Of a stretch of DNA of 64,000 nucleotides, positions 9,354-19,968 are shown piece by piece. Both the position numbers and the translations under genes were made by a program. Location: positions 42,688 to 106,687 of the forward strand of contig CAYXAP010000021.1 of assembly GCA_964462035.1 (NCBI GenBank), written 5' to 3'. The notes beneath the pieces are model-generated. The model did not search any database, was not told where the DNA came from, and worked only from the letters and a program-made list of their open reading frames with translations. Source of the DNA: an uncultured Sandaracinus sp. GTDB lineage: Bacteria > Myxococcota_A > Polyangia > Polyangiales > Houyiibacteriaceae. The first letter of the stretch is position 1; every line of letters begins with the position of its first letter.

Positions 9354-10406
9354 TCAGCGGAGCGCGTGACGAAGATGCGCGCCCATCGCTGCGCGGCTGG
9401 CGGCGGCCTGGCGGATGAGAGCCATGTTGACGAAGCCGTGCACCAGCCCCGGCTCTCGCAGCTCGGTGACGGCGACCCCTGCGTCGCGAAGCGCGGCCGC
9501 GTAGGCTTCGCCCTCGTCGCGAAGTGGGTCGAAGCCGGCGGTCACGACCAACGCCGGCGGCAGACCCTCGAGCGTTTCGGCGAAGAGCGGCGATGCGCGC
9601 CACTGCTCCAGATCGGTGCCGGGCGGTAGGTACTGATCGAGGAACCAATCGATGGTCTCGCTCTCCAAGAAGAAGCCCCGCCCCAGCGAGCGATGCGAGG
9701 GCTGGGCGCGCGTCATGTCCGTCGCCGGATAGATCAGCAGCTGGAAGCAGGGGAGGCGACCTCCGGCCTCGCGCTCGGCGATGCACACGACCGCGGCCAG
9801 ATTGCCACCGGCGCTGTCGCCGCCGACGGCGATGCGCGCGGGGTCGATTCCCAGCGAATCGGCGTGCTCGCGCAGCCACCGAAAGCCGGCGATGCAGTCG
9901 TCGACGGCCGCCGGGAAGGGGTGCTCGGGGGCCAGGCGGTAGTCGACCGAGATCACCGCGCATCCGCCTTCCACGGCGAGCGACCGGCACGTGCCGTCGT
10001 GGGTGGCGAAGCTCCCGATCACGAACCCACCGCCGTGGAAGTAGACCAGCGCCGGGAGCGGCGCGGTGGTGCGCGGTCGGTAGATCCGGACCGGCACCGG
10101 GCCATCGGCCCCTTCGAAGGTCGCGTCTTCGACCGAGGCGACCGGTGTCGGCCACGGATCCACGAGCGCGGCGTTCCGGTCCTGCGAGGCGCGACCCTCG
10201 CCCGGCTCCAGCTCGTGCATCTTCGGGATCCGAGCGACGTCGGCCAGCTTCAGGAGCACCTGGGTCTGGAGGTCGAGCCGTTCGCCACGGTCGTTGCGCA
10301 GCGGGCGACCGGCGATCCGCCGGAGCACGGACCTGGGGAGCTCGAGCGTGTGCCGAACGATGGGGCCGAGGACGCGGTCGAGCATGGCCGGGAGCATACC
10401 CTCCAC
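9354..10406 (-). CDS. Alpha/beta hydrolase, HSL family esterase/lipase
   Basis: HGGG oxyanion motif, GDSAG nucleophile, DPLRDEG, HGF; start may be slightly downstream. Confidence 0.92.
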   Translation of the reverse strand: MEGMLPAMLDRVLGPIVRHTLELPRSVLRRIAGRPLRNDRGERLDLQTQVLLKLADVARIPKMHELEPGEGRASQDRNAALVDPWPTPVASVEDATFEGADGPVPVRIYRPRTTAPLPALVYFHGGGFVIGSFATHDGTCRSLAVEGGCAVISVDYRLAPEHPFPAAVDDCIAGFRWLREHADSLGIDPARIAVGGDSAGGNLAAVVCIAEREAGGRLPCFQLLIYPATDMTRAQPSHRSLGRGFFLESETIDWFLDQYLPPGTDLEQWRASPLFAETLEGLPPALVVTAGFDPLRDEGEAYAAALRDAGVAVTELREPGLVHGFVNMALIRQAAASRAAMGAHLRHALR

Positions 10407-10494
10407 GCGGCCCGCCTGCGCGACGCCTGACTTCGCTCACAGCGCGACCCCGGAGCGAGCGAACGGGCCTCCCCCATCCACTAAGCTCTCGCCC

Positions 10495-11688
10495 ATGCAT
10501 GCCCCCCTGCTCGAGCACCTCGCCTCCGAGACCGCCAAGCTGAAGGAAGAAGGCCTCTTCAAGGAAGAGCGCGTGATCGTCACTCCGCAGGAGGCGGCGA
10601 TCGAGGTCTCCACCGGCCAGGAGGTCATCAACTTCTGCGCGAACAACTACCTGGGCCTCGCCAACCACCCGAAGCTGGTGGAGGCGGCGCAGAAGTCGTT
10701 GCCCGAGCACGGCTTCGGCATGGCGTCGGTGCGCTTCATCTGCGGCACCCAGGACGTGCACAAGGAGCTCGAGGGGCGCATCAGCCAGTTCCTCGGCACC
10801 GAGGACACCATCCTCTACGCCGCGTGCTTCGACGCGAACGGCGGCTTCTTCGAGACCTGCTTCGGGCCGGAAGACGCGATCATCAGCGACTCGCTGAACC
10901 ACGCCTCGATCATCGACGGCATCCGGCTCTGCAAGGCCAAGCGCTACCGCTACGCGAACAACGACATGGACGACCTGCGCGCGAAGCTCGAGGAAGCGAA
11001 GGACGCGCGCTTCAAGGTCATCGCCACCGACGCGGTCTTCTCGATGGACGGCTACTACGCGAACCTGCCCGCCATCTGCGACCTCGCCGACGAGTACGGC
11101 GCCATCACCTTCATGGACGACTGCCATGGGGTCGGCTTCGTCGGCGACGGCGGGCGCGGCACCCACGAGAAGCTCGGTGTCATGGATCGCATCGACGTGA
11201 TCACCGGCACCCTCGGCAAGGCGCTCGGCGGCGCGTCCGGCGGCTACACCTCGGGTCGCAAGGAGATCGTCGCGTGGCTGCGTCAGCGTTCGCGGCCCTA
11301 CCTCTTCTCGAACACGCTCGCGCCGGTCATCGCGGCGACTTCGATCGCCGTCTTCGACCTGCTCGAGAGCGAGGGCGAGAAGCTGCGCGCGAAGCTCTGG
11401 CGGAACGCCGAGCGCTTCCGCGCCGGCATGGCGAAGGCCGGCTTCGAGCTCCTGCCCGGTGACCACGCCATCATCCCGGTCATGCTGGGCGACGCGAAGC
11501 TCGCCAGCACCATGGCCGACAAGCTGCTCGAGAGGGGCATCTACGTCATCGGCTTCAGCTTCCCGGTCGTGCCGCGCGGTCAGGCGCGCATCCGGGCGCA
11601 GATGTCCGCTGGCCACGACGACGAGCACATCGACCGTGCCGTCGAGGCGTTCACCGAGGTCGGCCGCGAGCTCGGGGTGATCTCGTGA
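10495..11688 (+). CDS. kbl: Glycine C-acetyltransferase (2-amino-3-ketobutyrate CoA ligase)
   Basis: [40 protein letters not shown]; overlaps tdh. Confidence 0.97.
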   Translation: MHAPLLEHLASETAKLKEEGLFKEERVIVTPQEAAIEVSTGQEVINFCANNYLGLANHPKLVEAAQKSLPEHGFGMASVRFICGTQDVHKELEGRISQFLGTEDTILYAACFDANGGFFETCFGPEDAIISDSLNHASIIDGIRLCKAKRYRYANNDMDDLRAKLEEAKDARFKVIATDAVFSMDGYYANLPAICDLADEYGAITFMDDCHGVGFVGDGGRGTHEKLGVMDRIDVITGTLGKALGGASGGYTSGRKEIVAWLRQRSRPYLFSNTLAPVIAATSIAVFDLLESEGEKLRAKLWRNAERFRAGMAKAGFELLPGDHAIIPVMLGDAKLASTMADKLLERGIYVIGFSFPVVPRGQARIRAQMSAGHDDEHIDRAVEAFTEVGRELGVIS

Positions 11689-12725
11689 CCGACACCATGC
11701 GCGCGCTGGTCAAGCGGGAGCGCGCCGAAGGCCTGTGGATGGAAGAGGTCCCGGTCCCGTCCGTGGGCCCGAACGACATCCTCGTGAAGATGCGGAAGAC
11801 CGCCATCTGCGGCACCGACATCCACATCTTCAACTGGGACGAGTGGGCGCAGCGCACGATCCCCGTGCCCATGACCGTGGGTCACGAGTTCTGCGGCGAG
11901 GTCGCGGCCATCGGCTCGCACGTGAAGGGGTTCGTGGTCGGCGACCGCGTCAGCGGCGAGGGCCACATCACCTGCGGCCACTGCCGGAACTGCCGTGCCG
12001 GCAAGCGGCACCTCTGCCGGAACACGGTCGGGGTCGGCGTGAACCGGGCGGGCGCGTTCGCGGACTACCTGGTCATCCCCGCGGTCAACGCCTTCAAGAT
12101 CCCCAAGGGCATCAGCGACGAGGTCGCCTCGTTCCTGGACCCGCTCGGCAACGCGACCCACACCGCGCTCAGCTTCGACCTCGTCGGCGAGGACGTGCTC
12201 ATCACCGGCGCGGGACCGATCGGCGTGATGGCCGTCGCCATCGCCAAGCACGTCGGTGCGCGCCACGTCGTCATCACCGACGTGAACGAGTACCGCCTCG
12301 AGCTCGCCCGGAAGATGGGCGCGAGCCTCGCCATCAACGTGAAGGAGCGCACGCCGCGCGACGCGATGAAGGAGCTCGGCATGACCGAGGGCTTCGACGT
12401 CGGCATGGAGATGAGCGGCAACGGCAGCGCCTTCCAGTCCTTGCTGGAGGCGATGAACCACGGCGGCCGAGTGGCCATCCTGGGGATCCCGCCCTCCGAC
12501 GTGACCATCGACTGGGATCAGGTGATCTTCAAGGGGCTGGTGCTCAAGGGCGTCTACGGCCGAGAGATGTTCGAGACCTGGTACAAGATGGCCGCGATGC
12601 TCCAGTCGGGCCTCGACGTGACTCCGGTGTTGACCCATCGCTTCTCCGTCACGGACTTCGGCGAAGCTTTCGAGATCATGCGCTCGGGTCAGTCGGGTAA
12701 GATCGTCCTCGATTGGGCGAGCTGA
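11685..12725 (+). CDS. tdh: L-threonine 3-dehydrogenase
   Basis: [37 protein letters not shown]. Confidence 0.97.
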   Translation: MTDTMRALVKRERAEGLWMEEVPVPSVGPNDILVKMRKTAICGTDIHIFNWDEWAQRTIPVPMTVGHEFCGEVAAIGSHVKGFVVGDRVSGEGHITCGHCRNCRAGKRHLCRNTVGVGVNRAGAFADYLVIPAVNAFKIPKGISDEVASFLDPLGNATHTALSFDLVGEDVLITGAGPIGVMAVAIAKHVGARHVVITDVNEYRLELARKMGASLAINVKERTPRDAMKELGMTEGFDVGMEMSGNGSAFQSLLEAMNHGGRVAILGIPPSDVTIDWDQVIFKGLVLKGVYGREMFETWYKMAAMLQSGLDVTPVLTHRFSVTDFGEAFEIMRSGQSGKIVLDWAS

Positions 12726-12872
12726 ACGGCATCAGAGCGAGCGCAAGAAGGCGGTCAGCTGCGGTCTCCGGAGCACCGTGACCAAGAGCGTGCCGCCATC
12801 GATCGCGGGATGTCCGCCCGGGCCACCGGCTCGGTCGGGTAGGGATCGTCGCTCCGCGCTAGGAATCACCCC

Positions 12873-14219
12873 TCACTCGGTGGGCTCGGCGGCTTCCGGT
12901 GCCTCGGGTGCCTCGGGTGCCTCGGGTGCCTCGGGTTCAGCCGTCGCCACCTCTTCCAAGTTGCGGGCTCGAATCCAGCCTCCGACGCACACCATGGTTC
13001 CCTCGGTGGTCTCGCAGGAGAAGCCGTAGCACCAACCGCGATCGGGCGAGGAGCGGCGGTCGCCCAAGATCCCTTCGACCGTGTAGAGGCGCGCACCCGC
13101 GCTGATGACGAAATCCTCCTCGTCGTTCGGGGCAGCCGGGTTCGCGCGCAGGTCGTCGTCCTCCTTCACCTGCCTCATGCCGAAGGTCATGAGGGGACCG
13201 ACCCACAGCGCGCGCTCCCACTCCCCCACGTCCAGATCGGGGAGAGCGGAGCGTTCGTGTCCCGGGGCGATGATGAGTCCGGGAGGATCGACGAGCCGCG
13301 CGTCCGCCTGGAGCTCCGGCGAGAGCGCCAGGAGTGCGTTCGCCGCCTCGTACCGCTCCGACACGCGGACCATCCAGGCCCCCGACGACGGCTCGGGCAT
13401 CAGGGTGCCGGCCGGTGCCAGCGTCAGCTCCTGCGCAGCGAGCTGTCGACCGAGCGCCGAGTCCGCGCGGAGGTAGGGAGCCACCACCCGCCAGCCGACG
13501 AGCACGCGGTCGTCGTCTTCGCTGCGCGGGATGATCTGTAGGCCCGTGCGGAGGAAGACGACGTCCGAGTCGCTGGGCGCGGCTCCCCGATAGAGCAGCT
13601 GGAGAAGCCTGGTGTCGCCGCCGGGTGCCTCGCCCTCCGCCGGCGGGTGCAGCAACGCTCCCGTCGACACCGGAGCGAAGCGCCCGTCGTCGCCGATCTG
13701 GAAATGGCGGACGAGGACGCTCCGCATGCCGTTGAGGATGTCCATCTCGTCCTCGTAGCCGCACTCGACCGAGACGAAGGTCTCGGTCGCCAGCTTGATC
13801 TGGCAACGGTTCCCGCGCGCGAACTGCGCGAGCAAGGTGTCGAGCGAAGCCTTCGCGTCGGCGTCGCTGATGGCGGCGGTCGGGACTCGGTGACCGTCCA
13901 CGCGCTGATGAGAGGTGGCGACCACGTCCAGGCGCACGCGCCCACCGGGCTCCACGGCCGGGAGGCCGGCCATCGTGCCGTCGTACGCACCCTCGCTCGG
14001 AGCCGGCGGCGTCGTGAGCGGCTCCGGCGTGGGCGTCTCGGGTTCCGCTGTCTCGGGCTGTGGTGTCTCCGCGACCTCTGGAGCGGTTTCGGGGTCGGCT
14101 ACCGGTGCTTCGGGCGCCGGTGTCGGCGGGGGCGACACGGGAGCTGGAGGGGCGGCGTTTCCATCGTCGCCGCAGGCGGAAGAAGCGAGCAGGAGGAGCA
14201 CGAGCAGGGTCCGACGCAT
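12873..14219 (-). CDS. Hypothetical lipoprotein with Pro/Glu-rich linker
   Basis: MRRTLLVLLLLASSAC-GDD lipobox; C-terminal (PEA)n repeat from a 9-bp tandem. Confidence 0.7.
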   Translation of the reverse strand: MRRTLLVLLLLASSACGDDGNAAPPAPVSPPPTPAPEAPVADPETAPEVAETPQPETAEPETPTPEPLTTPPAPSEGAYDGTMAGLPAVEPGGRVRLDVVATSHQRVDGHRVPTAAISDADAKASLDTLLAQFARGNRCQIKLATETFVSVECGYEDEMDILNGMRSVLVRHFQIGDDGRFAPVSTGALLHPPAEGEAPGGDTRLLQLLYRGAAPSDSDVVFLRTGLQIIPRSEDDDRVLVGWRVVAPYLRADSALGRQLAAQELTLAPAGTLMPEPSSGAWMVRVSERYEAANALLALSPELQADARLVDPPGLIIAPGHERSALPDLDVGEWERALWVGPLMTFGMRQVKEDDDLRANPAAPNDEEDFVISAGARLYTVEGILGDRRSSPDRGWCYGFSCETTEGTMVCVGGWIRARNLEEVATAEPEAPEAPEAPEAPEAAEPTE

Positions 14220-14303
14220 GGCGCATCCTCTCCGGCCGCTCACGCTAGGACAAGGTGGATCCTGCGAGTTCGAGTCGTGCGCCAGCCGTCCCCGTGGACG
14301 GGG

Positions 14304-15017
14304 TCAGTCGGTCCCGAGTCGATCGACCAGCGCGGGGATCGCCGCGAGCTTCTCCGCCGAGAGCACGGCCCGATCCACGCCCGCCGGTCGTGGGTACGTT
14401 CGATCGCACCTGACGAGCTCCGACTCCGTGCCGAAGGCGTCGAGGGAGATGTCGTGCGCCGCCATCGGGATCGCACCGACCGCGAGCACCTGTGACGAGT
14501 GCACCGTGGTGACGATGGGCGTGTCGGCGTCGACGAGGCCGAGCTCCCGGAGCACCGCGTACTCGAGGTCGCTGTAGCCGCCCCCTTTGCCGAGGCGCGC
14601 GCCGTCCTCGGCGACGGCGACGCAGCCGGTCACGATGAGGTCGATGGCGCCGACCGCGTCTTCACGGACCGGCTCGGCGATCGCCGCGGCGCCCTTGATG
14701 CTGCTGGCCTTCCAGAGGTCGTCGATGACGGCCGGGTCCAGTCGCCAGAAGCACTCGCGCTCCGCGAGCTTCGGGACCGCCATGATCACGGTCTTGCCCG
14801 CCTTCAGCGCCGCGTGTCGGACCGGCCGCTGGGGGGAGTCCGGGTTGCACTTGATCGTGCGCGCCCGCTGGAAGAGCTCGGTGGCCGCCAGGCGCTCGGC
14901 GGCCCTCTCCGCACCCACGAAGTTCGGGATGCGGCCCTTGGTGCCGGGGAAGCGAGCCGCCCCGGCGGCCTTCAGAGCGTCCCAGCGAGCGACTCGCAGC
15001 GATTGCTTGTCGCTCAC
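14304..15017 (-). CDS. 5-formyltetrahydrofolate cyclo-ligase family (MTHFSD-like)
   Basis: GRIPNFVGA, NPDSPQ, GARLGKGGGYSDLEY. Confidence 0.9.
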   Translation of the reverse strand: MSDKQSLRVARWDALKAAGAARFPGTKGRIPNFVGAERAAERLAATELFQRARTIKCNPDSPQRPVRHAALKAGKTVIMAVPKLAERECFWRLDPAVIDDLWKASSIKGAAAIAEPVREDAVGAIDLIVTGCVAVAEDGARLGKGGGYSDLEYAVLRELGLVDADTPIVTTVHSSQVLAVGAIPMAAHDISLDAFGTESELVRCDRTYPRPAGVDRAVLSAEKLAAIPALVDRLGTD

Positions 15018-15030
15018 TGGGGGCGGTGGC

Positions 15031-18000
15031 TCAGGGGCAGGTGTAGCTGCCGAGGTCGGCGACCGTGAGCGCCATTCCGCTGTCGGTCTGCTCCCACTCG
15101 TCGGCAGGGCAGAAGCCGGTGTTGGCCGTGCGGCCGGTCGTGACGGTGCAGAGTCGGCTGATGGTGATGCTCTCGGTGCCGGGAGTCGTAGAGCAGCCGG
15201 GAGCGGTGGTGGCGTCCGGCCAGCTGCTGCCGGGGTCGATTCCGACGTCGCCGAACCGGTCCATCAGCTCCAGCCCCGTGCCGAGGTCGCACCAGAGCTC
15301 GACCACGTCGTCGCCGTTGAACGAGAGGACGCTAGCGATCTCGTCGCAGCTGGCGCCGATCGTGGGCGGCGAGCTGCCGCAGAAGACGTAGCTCGCGCCG
15401 GTGGCGAGTGTCGGCGCGCTGGTCAGGTCGCCCGAGGACGCGAGGGTGGTGCCACCGTTGCTGTAGCGGTGGAGCTGGCAAGTGGCGAGGTCGGCGGTAC
15501 CACCGATGTTCGTGACCTCGACCGCCTTGTCGTTGCCGTTCTCGTAGTACTCGGTGAAGAGCAGCACGGGGGCGCCGGCGAAGCCGCTGAACATCGCGGT
15601 GTTGGGCGTGCCCACGCCGGTGCCGAAGTCGTCGGTCACCGAGCTGGCCACGGTCACCGTGTAGGTGGTGCCGCCAGCCTGAGCCGACGTGGTGAGGGTC
15701 ACCTGGTTGCCGCTGGCGCTCGCGGCGCTGGCGGTGAGGCCGTTGTCGAAGGTGAACTGCGAGCCATCGCCCATCACGCTCGCCGCGTCGACGGGCACGT
15801 CGAAGGTCACCACGACGGTATTGGCGTTCGTCGCAACCGCGCTGGCGACGACCGGGGCCGGACAGCTGTTGATGGTCAGGTCGGCCTCGACCCATCCGCT
15901 CGGCTGAGCGGTCGTGTCGAAGCGCCACATGGCACCTTCGACCGTGACGTTGCAGCCCTGTCGAACGCCGGTCGAGGCGACGACGGTGTCCGGCAGGCGG
16001 AGCCGAAGGTCCGTGTCCCCAGTGACGCCCGTCGTCTCCATCACCGCGCCCGAGTGGTCGGTGCCGGCGAAGGTGAAGGCACCGGTGAGGTCACCGGTGA
16101 TGGCGAGCAGCTCGCTCTCGTAGTCGCCGAGGGCGCTGACCAGGTCGGTGGCAGAGCTCAGGTCCTGACGGATGGCGTCGACGTCGAACCCGGTGGTGAC
16201 CGTGGTCAGCCCGGTGATCGCCGTGACCCGCTGATGAGCGTCGACGGTAGTCAGCTCGGTGGCCGTGAAGGTGATGCCGTCACCGACCGAGAGGCCGCTC
16301 GGGTCGACCTCCACGAAGATGGCCGGACCGGCGGTCTCCGCCTGGACGAAGAAGCCCGCGGGGTCCCCGCCGACGGCCGGCTTGATGTAGGTCACGTAGA
16401 CGAGGTCCACGTCGACGTCGATGGTGCCCGGCGACGCGCCGCGGATGGTGGTGATGTCATCGGTGCCGAAGGGCGCGATGGTGAGCATGCCGTTGTTGCC
16501 GGGGGCGTAGGGCGTGGCGTCGCTCGTACCGGGGCCACCGGTGTTGCAGTAGAGGAAGCTCGAGCCACCATCGACGCTGAAGCGGTAGACGTAGTCCCAA
16601 TCCCCCGGCGTCGGCGGAGCCACGAGGTCGGACTGGTACTCGTCGTTGTTCGGCTCGCCGGCCGCGGTGCCGTCGTAGCCGGTGTTGGCGGTGGCGGCCT
16701 GCCAGGTCCAGCCGGCGGCGCTCGAGGCGTCGGTGCCGCGGGGGCCGTAGCCGAGCTCGGCGACCAGGTCGGGGTCCACGTCGGTGCCGGTGGTCGCGTC
16801 GGTGATGCCCATCGCGTAGACGCGGCCGTAGACCGTGTCGGACTCACCGGGCACGAGGCTCAGCGTGTCCGGGAACTGGGTCCGGCAGAAGCCGGGGAGG
16901 GTGGCCGGGCAGCCCGGGTTGGCGCTGCCGGGCGTGCCGAGGTGCTCGCCGGCGCCGCCCGCGTCGAAGTACGCGGTGCTGCCGAAGCACCAGTTGGCGG
17001 GATCGTTCGAGTCGGCCATCGCCGTGGCCGAGGGGTCGCGGGACACCGAAGCGGCGTTCGCGTCGGGCCAGGTCGGGCCGCCATCGTACATGAGCATGTC
17101 GATCGGCGTGCCGCCGCAGGTGAGCGTCAGGGTGTCGCCGCCATTGTTCAGGGCGCGCTCGAGGAGTGCGTCCGGCATCGTCGGCAGCCCGTTGCTGGCC
17201 ATGTCGAGGGAGCTGGCCAGGACGATGAAGCCGTTGGCGGGGATCACGAGCCCGGTCAGCGTCTGGCTGCCGGCGGCGTCCGCCAGGATGCAACCGTCGA
17301 GGTTCAACGGCATCGCCGTGGCGTTGACCAGCTCGAGCCACTCGGCGTCGGCGTCGGTCAGCGGCGTCCCCGGGTCGTACATGAACTCGTTGAAGAGCAC
17401 CTGGCCCGCGGTGGGCGCCGGCGCGGTCACCTCGCAGGTGAAGGTCGTGCCGTTGCAGGCCTCGCCGAGGCCGGTGCAGGTGCCGCAGTCGAGCGCGGTG
17501 CCACAGCCGTCGTCGGGCATGCCACAGCTGGCCGCGGCGCAGACGTCGGGGGTGCACTCGCACATGTTCGTCGTCGTGTTGCAGGTGCCATTGGCGCCGA
17601 GCCCGGAGCAGTCGGTGCCGCAGTCCACGGTGCCGCCGCAGCCATCGTCGATGGTGCCGCAGTCGCCCGCGCCGCAGGTGTTCGCGACGCACTCGCAGAG
17701 GTTGGTGCCGGTGTTGCAAGTGCCGTTGGCGCCCTCGGCCGCCACGCAGGTCGCGTCGCCGCCGCAGTCGAGCGTCGTGCCGCAGCCGTCGTCGACCGAG
17801 CCACACTCGGCGCCGAGGCCCTCACAGGTGTTGGCGGTGCACTCGCACATGTTCGTGGCGGTGTTGCAGGTCGCGGCGCTGCCGACGGCCGAACAGTCGG
17901 TGCCGCAGTCCACGGTGCCACCGCAGCCATCGTCGATCGTGCCGCAGTCACTGGCGCCGCAGGTGTTGACGGTGCACTCGCACTCGTTCGTGCCGGTGTT

Positions 18001-18387
18001 GCAGATGCCGTTCGCACCTTCGGTGGCGACGCAGGTCAGGTCGCCACCGCAGTCGAGCGTCGTGCCGCAGCCGTCGTCGATGGCGCCGCACTCGGCGCCG
18101 AGGTCCTCGCAGGTCATGGGCACGCAGGCGTCACTCGTTCCCATGTCCTCGGCCATCCCCATGTCCGGGTCGACCATCCCCATGTCCTCGACGGGGCCCA
18201 TGTCCTCTTCGGGGCCCATGTCTTCGTCCGGCATGGCCGCGTCTTCCGGCATGGTGGCGTCCTCCATCGGCACGGTGGCGTCCTCCATCGGCGTGGAGCC
18301 GTCGGGGTCGGTGCCGCCATCGTCGCCGCAGGCGAGCGCGAAGACGCAGAGGGAGAGGGAAGCGAATCGAAGGGTGCGTGTGTTCAT
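15031..18387 (-). CDS. Large surface lipoprotein: Cys-rich repeats, two lamin-tail-like domains, OB-fold-like and Ig-like domains
   Basis: ALAC-GDD lipobox; CGxIDDGCG repeats; VLFNEFMYDP..EWLEL and LLFTEYYE..KAVEVTN LTD starts; GFFVQ motif; VVVTFDVPVD Ig-like. Confidence 0.8.
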   Translation of the reverse strand: MNTRTLRFASLSLCVFALACGDDGGTDPDGSTPMEDATVPMEDATMPEDAAMPDEDMGPEEDMGPVEDMGMVDPDMGMAEDMGTSDACVPMTCEDLGAECGAIDDGCGTTLDCGGDLTCVATEGANGICNTGTNECECTVNTCGASDCGTIDDGCGGTVDCGTDCSAVGSAATCNTATNMCECTANTCEGLGAECGSVDDGCGTTLDCGGDATCVAAEGANGTCNTGTNLCECVANTCGAGDCGTIDDGCGGTVDCGTDCSGLGANGTCNTTTNMCECTPDVCAAASCGMPDDGCGTALDCGTCTGLGEACNGTTFTCEVTAPAPTAGQVLFNEFMYDPGTPLTDADAEWLELVNATAMPLNLDGCILADAAGSQTLTGLVIPANGFIVLASSLDMASNGLPTMPDALLERALNNGGDTLTLTCGGTPIDMLMYDGGPTWPDANAASVSRDPSATAMADSNDPANWCFGSTAYFDAGGAGEHLGTPGSANPGCPATLPGFCRTQFPDTLSLVPGESDTVYGRVYAMGITDATTGTDVDPDLVAELGYGPRGTDASSAAGWTWQAATANTGYDGTAAGEPNNDEYQSDLVAPPTPGDWDYVYRFSVDGGSSFLYCNTGGPGTSDATPYAPGNNGMLTIAPFGTDDITTIRGASPGTIDVDVDLVYVTYIKPAVGGDPAGFFVQAETAGPAIFVEVDPSGLSVGDGITFTATELTTVDAHQRVTAITGLTTVTTGFDVDAIRQDLSSATDLVSALGDYESELLAITGDLTGAFTFAGTDHSGAVMETTGVTGDTDLRLRLPDTVVASTGVRQGCNVTVEGAMWRFDTTAQPSGWVEADLTINSCPAPVVASAVATNANTVVVTFDVPVDAASVMGDGSQFTFDNGLTASAASASGNQVTLTTSAQAGGTTYTVTVASSVTDDFGTGVGTPNTAMFSGFAGAPVLLFTEYYENGNDKAVEVTNIGGTADLATCQLHRYSNGGTTLASSGDLTSAPTLATGASYVFCGSSPPTIGASCDEIASVLSFNGDDVVELWCDLGTGLELMDRFGDVGIDPGSSWPDATTAPGCSTTPGTESITISRLCTVTTGRTANTGFCPADEWEQTDSGMALTVADLGSYTCP

Positions 18388-18532
18388 CAGGGAAAGATCT
18401 CCGGCCGGTTCACGAGAGCCTATTGCTCGCGGACTCCGGGCCGTGCAGCGTTTCAGTGACACGCGAGCACCGGAGGATCCAGCCGGCGGGTGGCGCTTGA
18501 CCGAGGTCGGGCCTCCGTTCGAGCCTCTGCGC

Positions 18533-18793
18533 ATGGCTCGCGTCGACGTCGCTCCGATCCTCGCGCGGCACCTCACGGTGCCCGAATGCGAGGTCCCTGG
18601 GGAGACCGTGTCGCAGGTGCTCGAAGGGCTCTTCGCGAGCCACGAGCGGCTCCGTGGCTATGTGCTGGACGACCAGGGCGGCCTTCGGCGGCACGTGGTG
18701 ATCTTCGTGGACGGGGAAGCCGTTCGCGACCTCTCGCGTGCGGTGGGGCCTTCGAGCGAGCTGGTGATCATGCAGGCCCTGTCCGGGGGCTGA
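18533..18793 (+). CDS. MoaD/ThiS family ubiquitin-like protein
   Basis: 86 aa beta-grasp pattern (RHVVIFVDGE) ending QALSGG. Confidence 0.9.
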   Translation: MARVDVAPILARHLTVPECEVPGETVSQVLEGLFASHERLRGYVLDDQGGLRRHVVIFVDGEAVRDLSRAVGPSSELVIMQALSGG

Positions 18794-18802
18794 GGGGGAA
18801 TT

Positions 18803-19861
18803 GTGGACCGACTCTACGTATCGACGCGAAAGGGGCTCTTCACCCTCGAGCGACAGGGCGCCGGCTGGACCATCGCGTCCGTGGACTTCCTCGGCGACCC
18901 GGTGACATTGGTGCTCCCGACGGGAGACGCGCTCTACGCTGCGCTGAACCTGGGGCACTTCGGGACGAAGCTCCGCCGGAGGCGAGGAGAGGGCGAGTGG
19001 GAGGAGGTCGCGGTCCCCGTGTACCCGGAGCAGCCAGAGGGCGTGGACGACGTGAAGTGGTCCCTCGAGCTCATCTGGGCGCTCGAGGCGGCGGGCGAGC
19101 GACTCTGGGCGGGGACCATCCCCGGCGGCCTCTTCTTCAGTGACGACCACGGCGACAGCTGGTCGCTGGTGCGTTCGCTCTGGGACCGCGAGGAGCGGAA
19201 GCAGGCGTTCGGCGGCGGCTACGACGCGCCAGGGATCCACAGCATCGCGATCCACCCGAGCGATCCGAAGGAGGTCCTGCTCGCGGTCTCCTGCGGCGGC
19301 GTGTGGCGCAGCCAGGACGATGGTGGCTCGTGGGACCTCGTGGGCGACGGGCTGGTGGCCGACTACATGCCCGAGGGGAGGCGGGACGCGAAGGCGATCC
19401 AGGACCCGCACCAGATCCGGCGCTGCCCCGCGGCTCCGGAGGTCGTCTGGATGCAGCACCACAACGGTGCCTTCCGTTCGACGGACGGCGGCGTCAGCTG
19501 GAGCCCGCTCGAGGTGCCGCCGAGCTCGTTCGGCTTCGCGGTGGCGGCGCACCCGACCGACCCGAAGACCGCTTGGTTCGTGCCGGCGGTCAAGGACGAG
19601 TGCCGGGTCCCCGTCGATGGGAAGGTCGTCGTCGCGCGGACCCGTGACGGCGGGGAGAGCTTCGAGGTGCTCCGCAGAGGGCTGCCCCAGGAGCACGCCT
19701 ACGACCTGGTGTTTCGTCACGCGCTCGACGTCGACGAGACCGGCGAGACCCTCGCGTTCGGCAGCACCACCGGGTCGCTCTGGCTGAGCTCGGACGGCGG
19801 GGACTCCTGGGAGACGCTCAGCGCGAACTTGCCGCCGATCTACGCGGTCCGCTTCGGCTGA
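18803..19861 (+). CDS. BNR/Asp-box beta-propeller protein (sialidase-like fold), no signal peptide
   Basis: Repeated SxDxGxxW-type boxes (SDDHGDSW, SQDDGGSW, STDGGVSW, TRDGGESF, SSDGGDSW). Confidence 0.88.
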   Translation: MDRLYVSTRKGLFTLERQGAGWTIASVDFLGDPVTLVLPTGDALYAALNLGHFGTKLRRRRGEGEWEEVAVPVYPEQPEGVDDVKWSLELIWALEAAGERLWAGTIPGGLFFSDDHGDSWSLVRSLWDREERKQAFGGGYDAPGIHSIAIHPSDPKEVLLAVSCGGVWRSQDDGGSWDLVGDGLVADYMPEGRRDAKAIQDPHQIRRCPAAPEVVWMQHHNGAFRSTDGGVSWSPLEVPPSSFGFAVAAHPTDPKTAWFVPAVKDECRVPVDGKVVVARTRDGGESFEVLRRGLPQEHAYDLVFRHALDVDETGETLAFGSTTGSLWLSSDGGDSWETLSANLPPIYAVRFG

Positions 19862-19933
19862 GGGGCGGTCCCAGAGCTCGTTCGCCTCGAGTGTCTCGGA
19901 CGGGCTGGAGGTGAGGGATCGCACGGGCGGCAT

Positions 19934-19962
19934 TTGTAATCAAACGTTTGATTAGTTAGTGT
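19934..19962 (+). promoter_or_regulatory. Probable tetR promoter with overlapping palindromic operator
   Basis: TTGTAA-17bp-TAGTGT; perfect 18-bp palindrome TAATCAAACGTTTGATTA at 19937-19954. Confidence 0.75.
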
Positions 19963-19968
19963 CCGGAC

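Noticed and set aside
14587-18459. 1290-aa plus-strand ORF
   Set aside because: Antisense shadow of the LTD lipoprotein; typical high-GC artefact with no motifs
16835-18793. 652-aa ORF suggesting a long fusion ending in a ubiquitin-like domain
   Set aside because: Upstream part is antisense to a real gene; ATG 18533 has its own promoter-like signal
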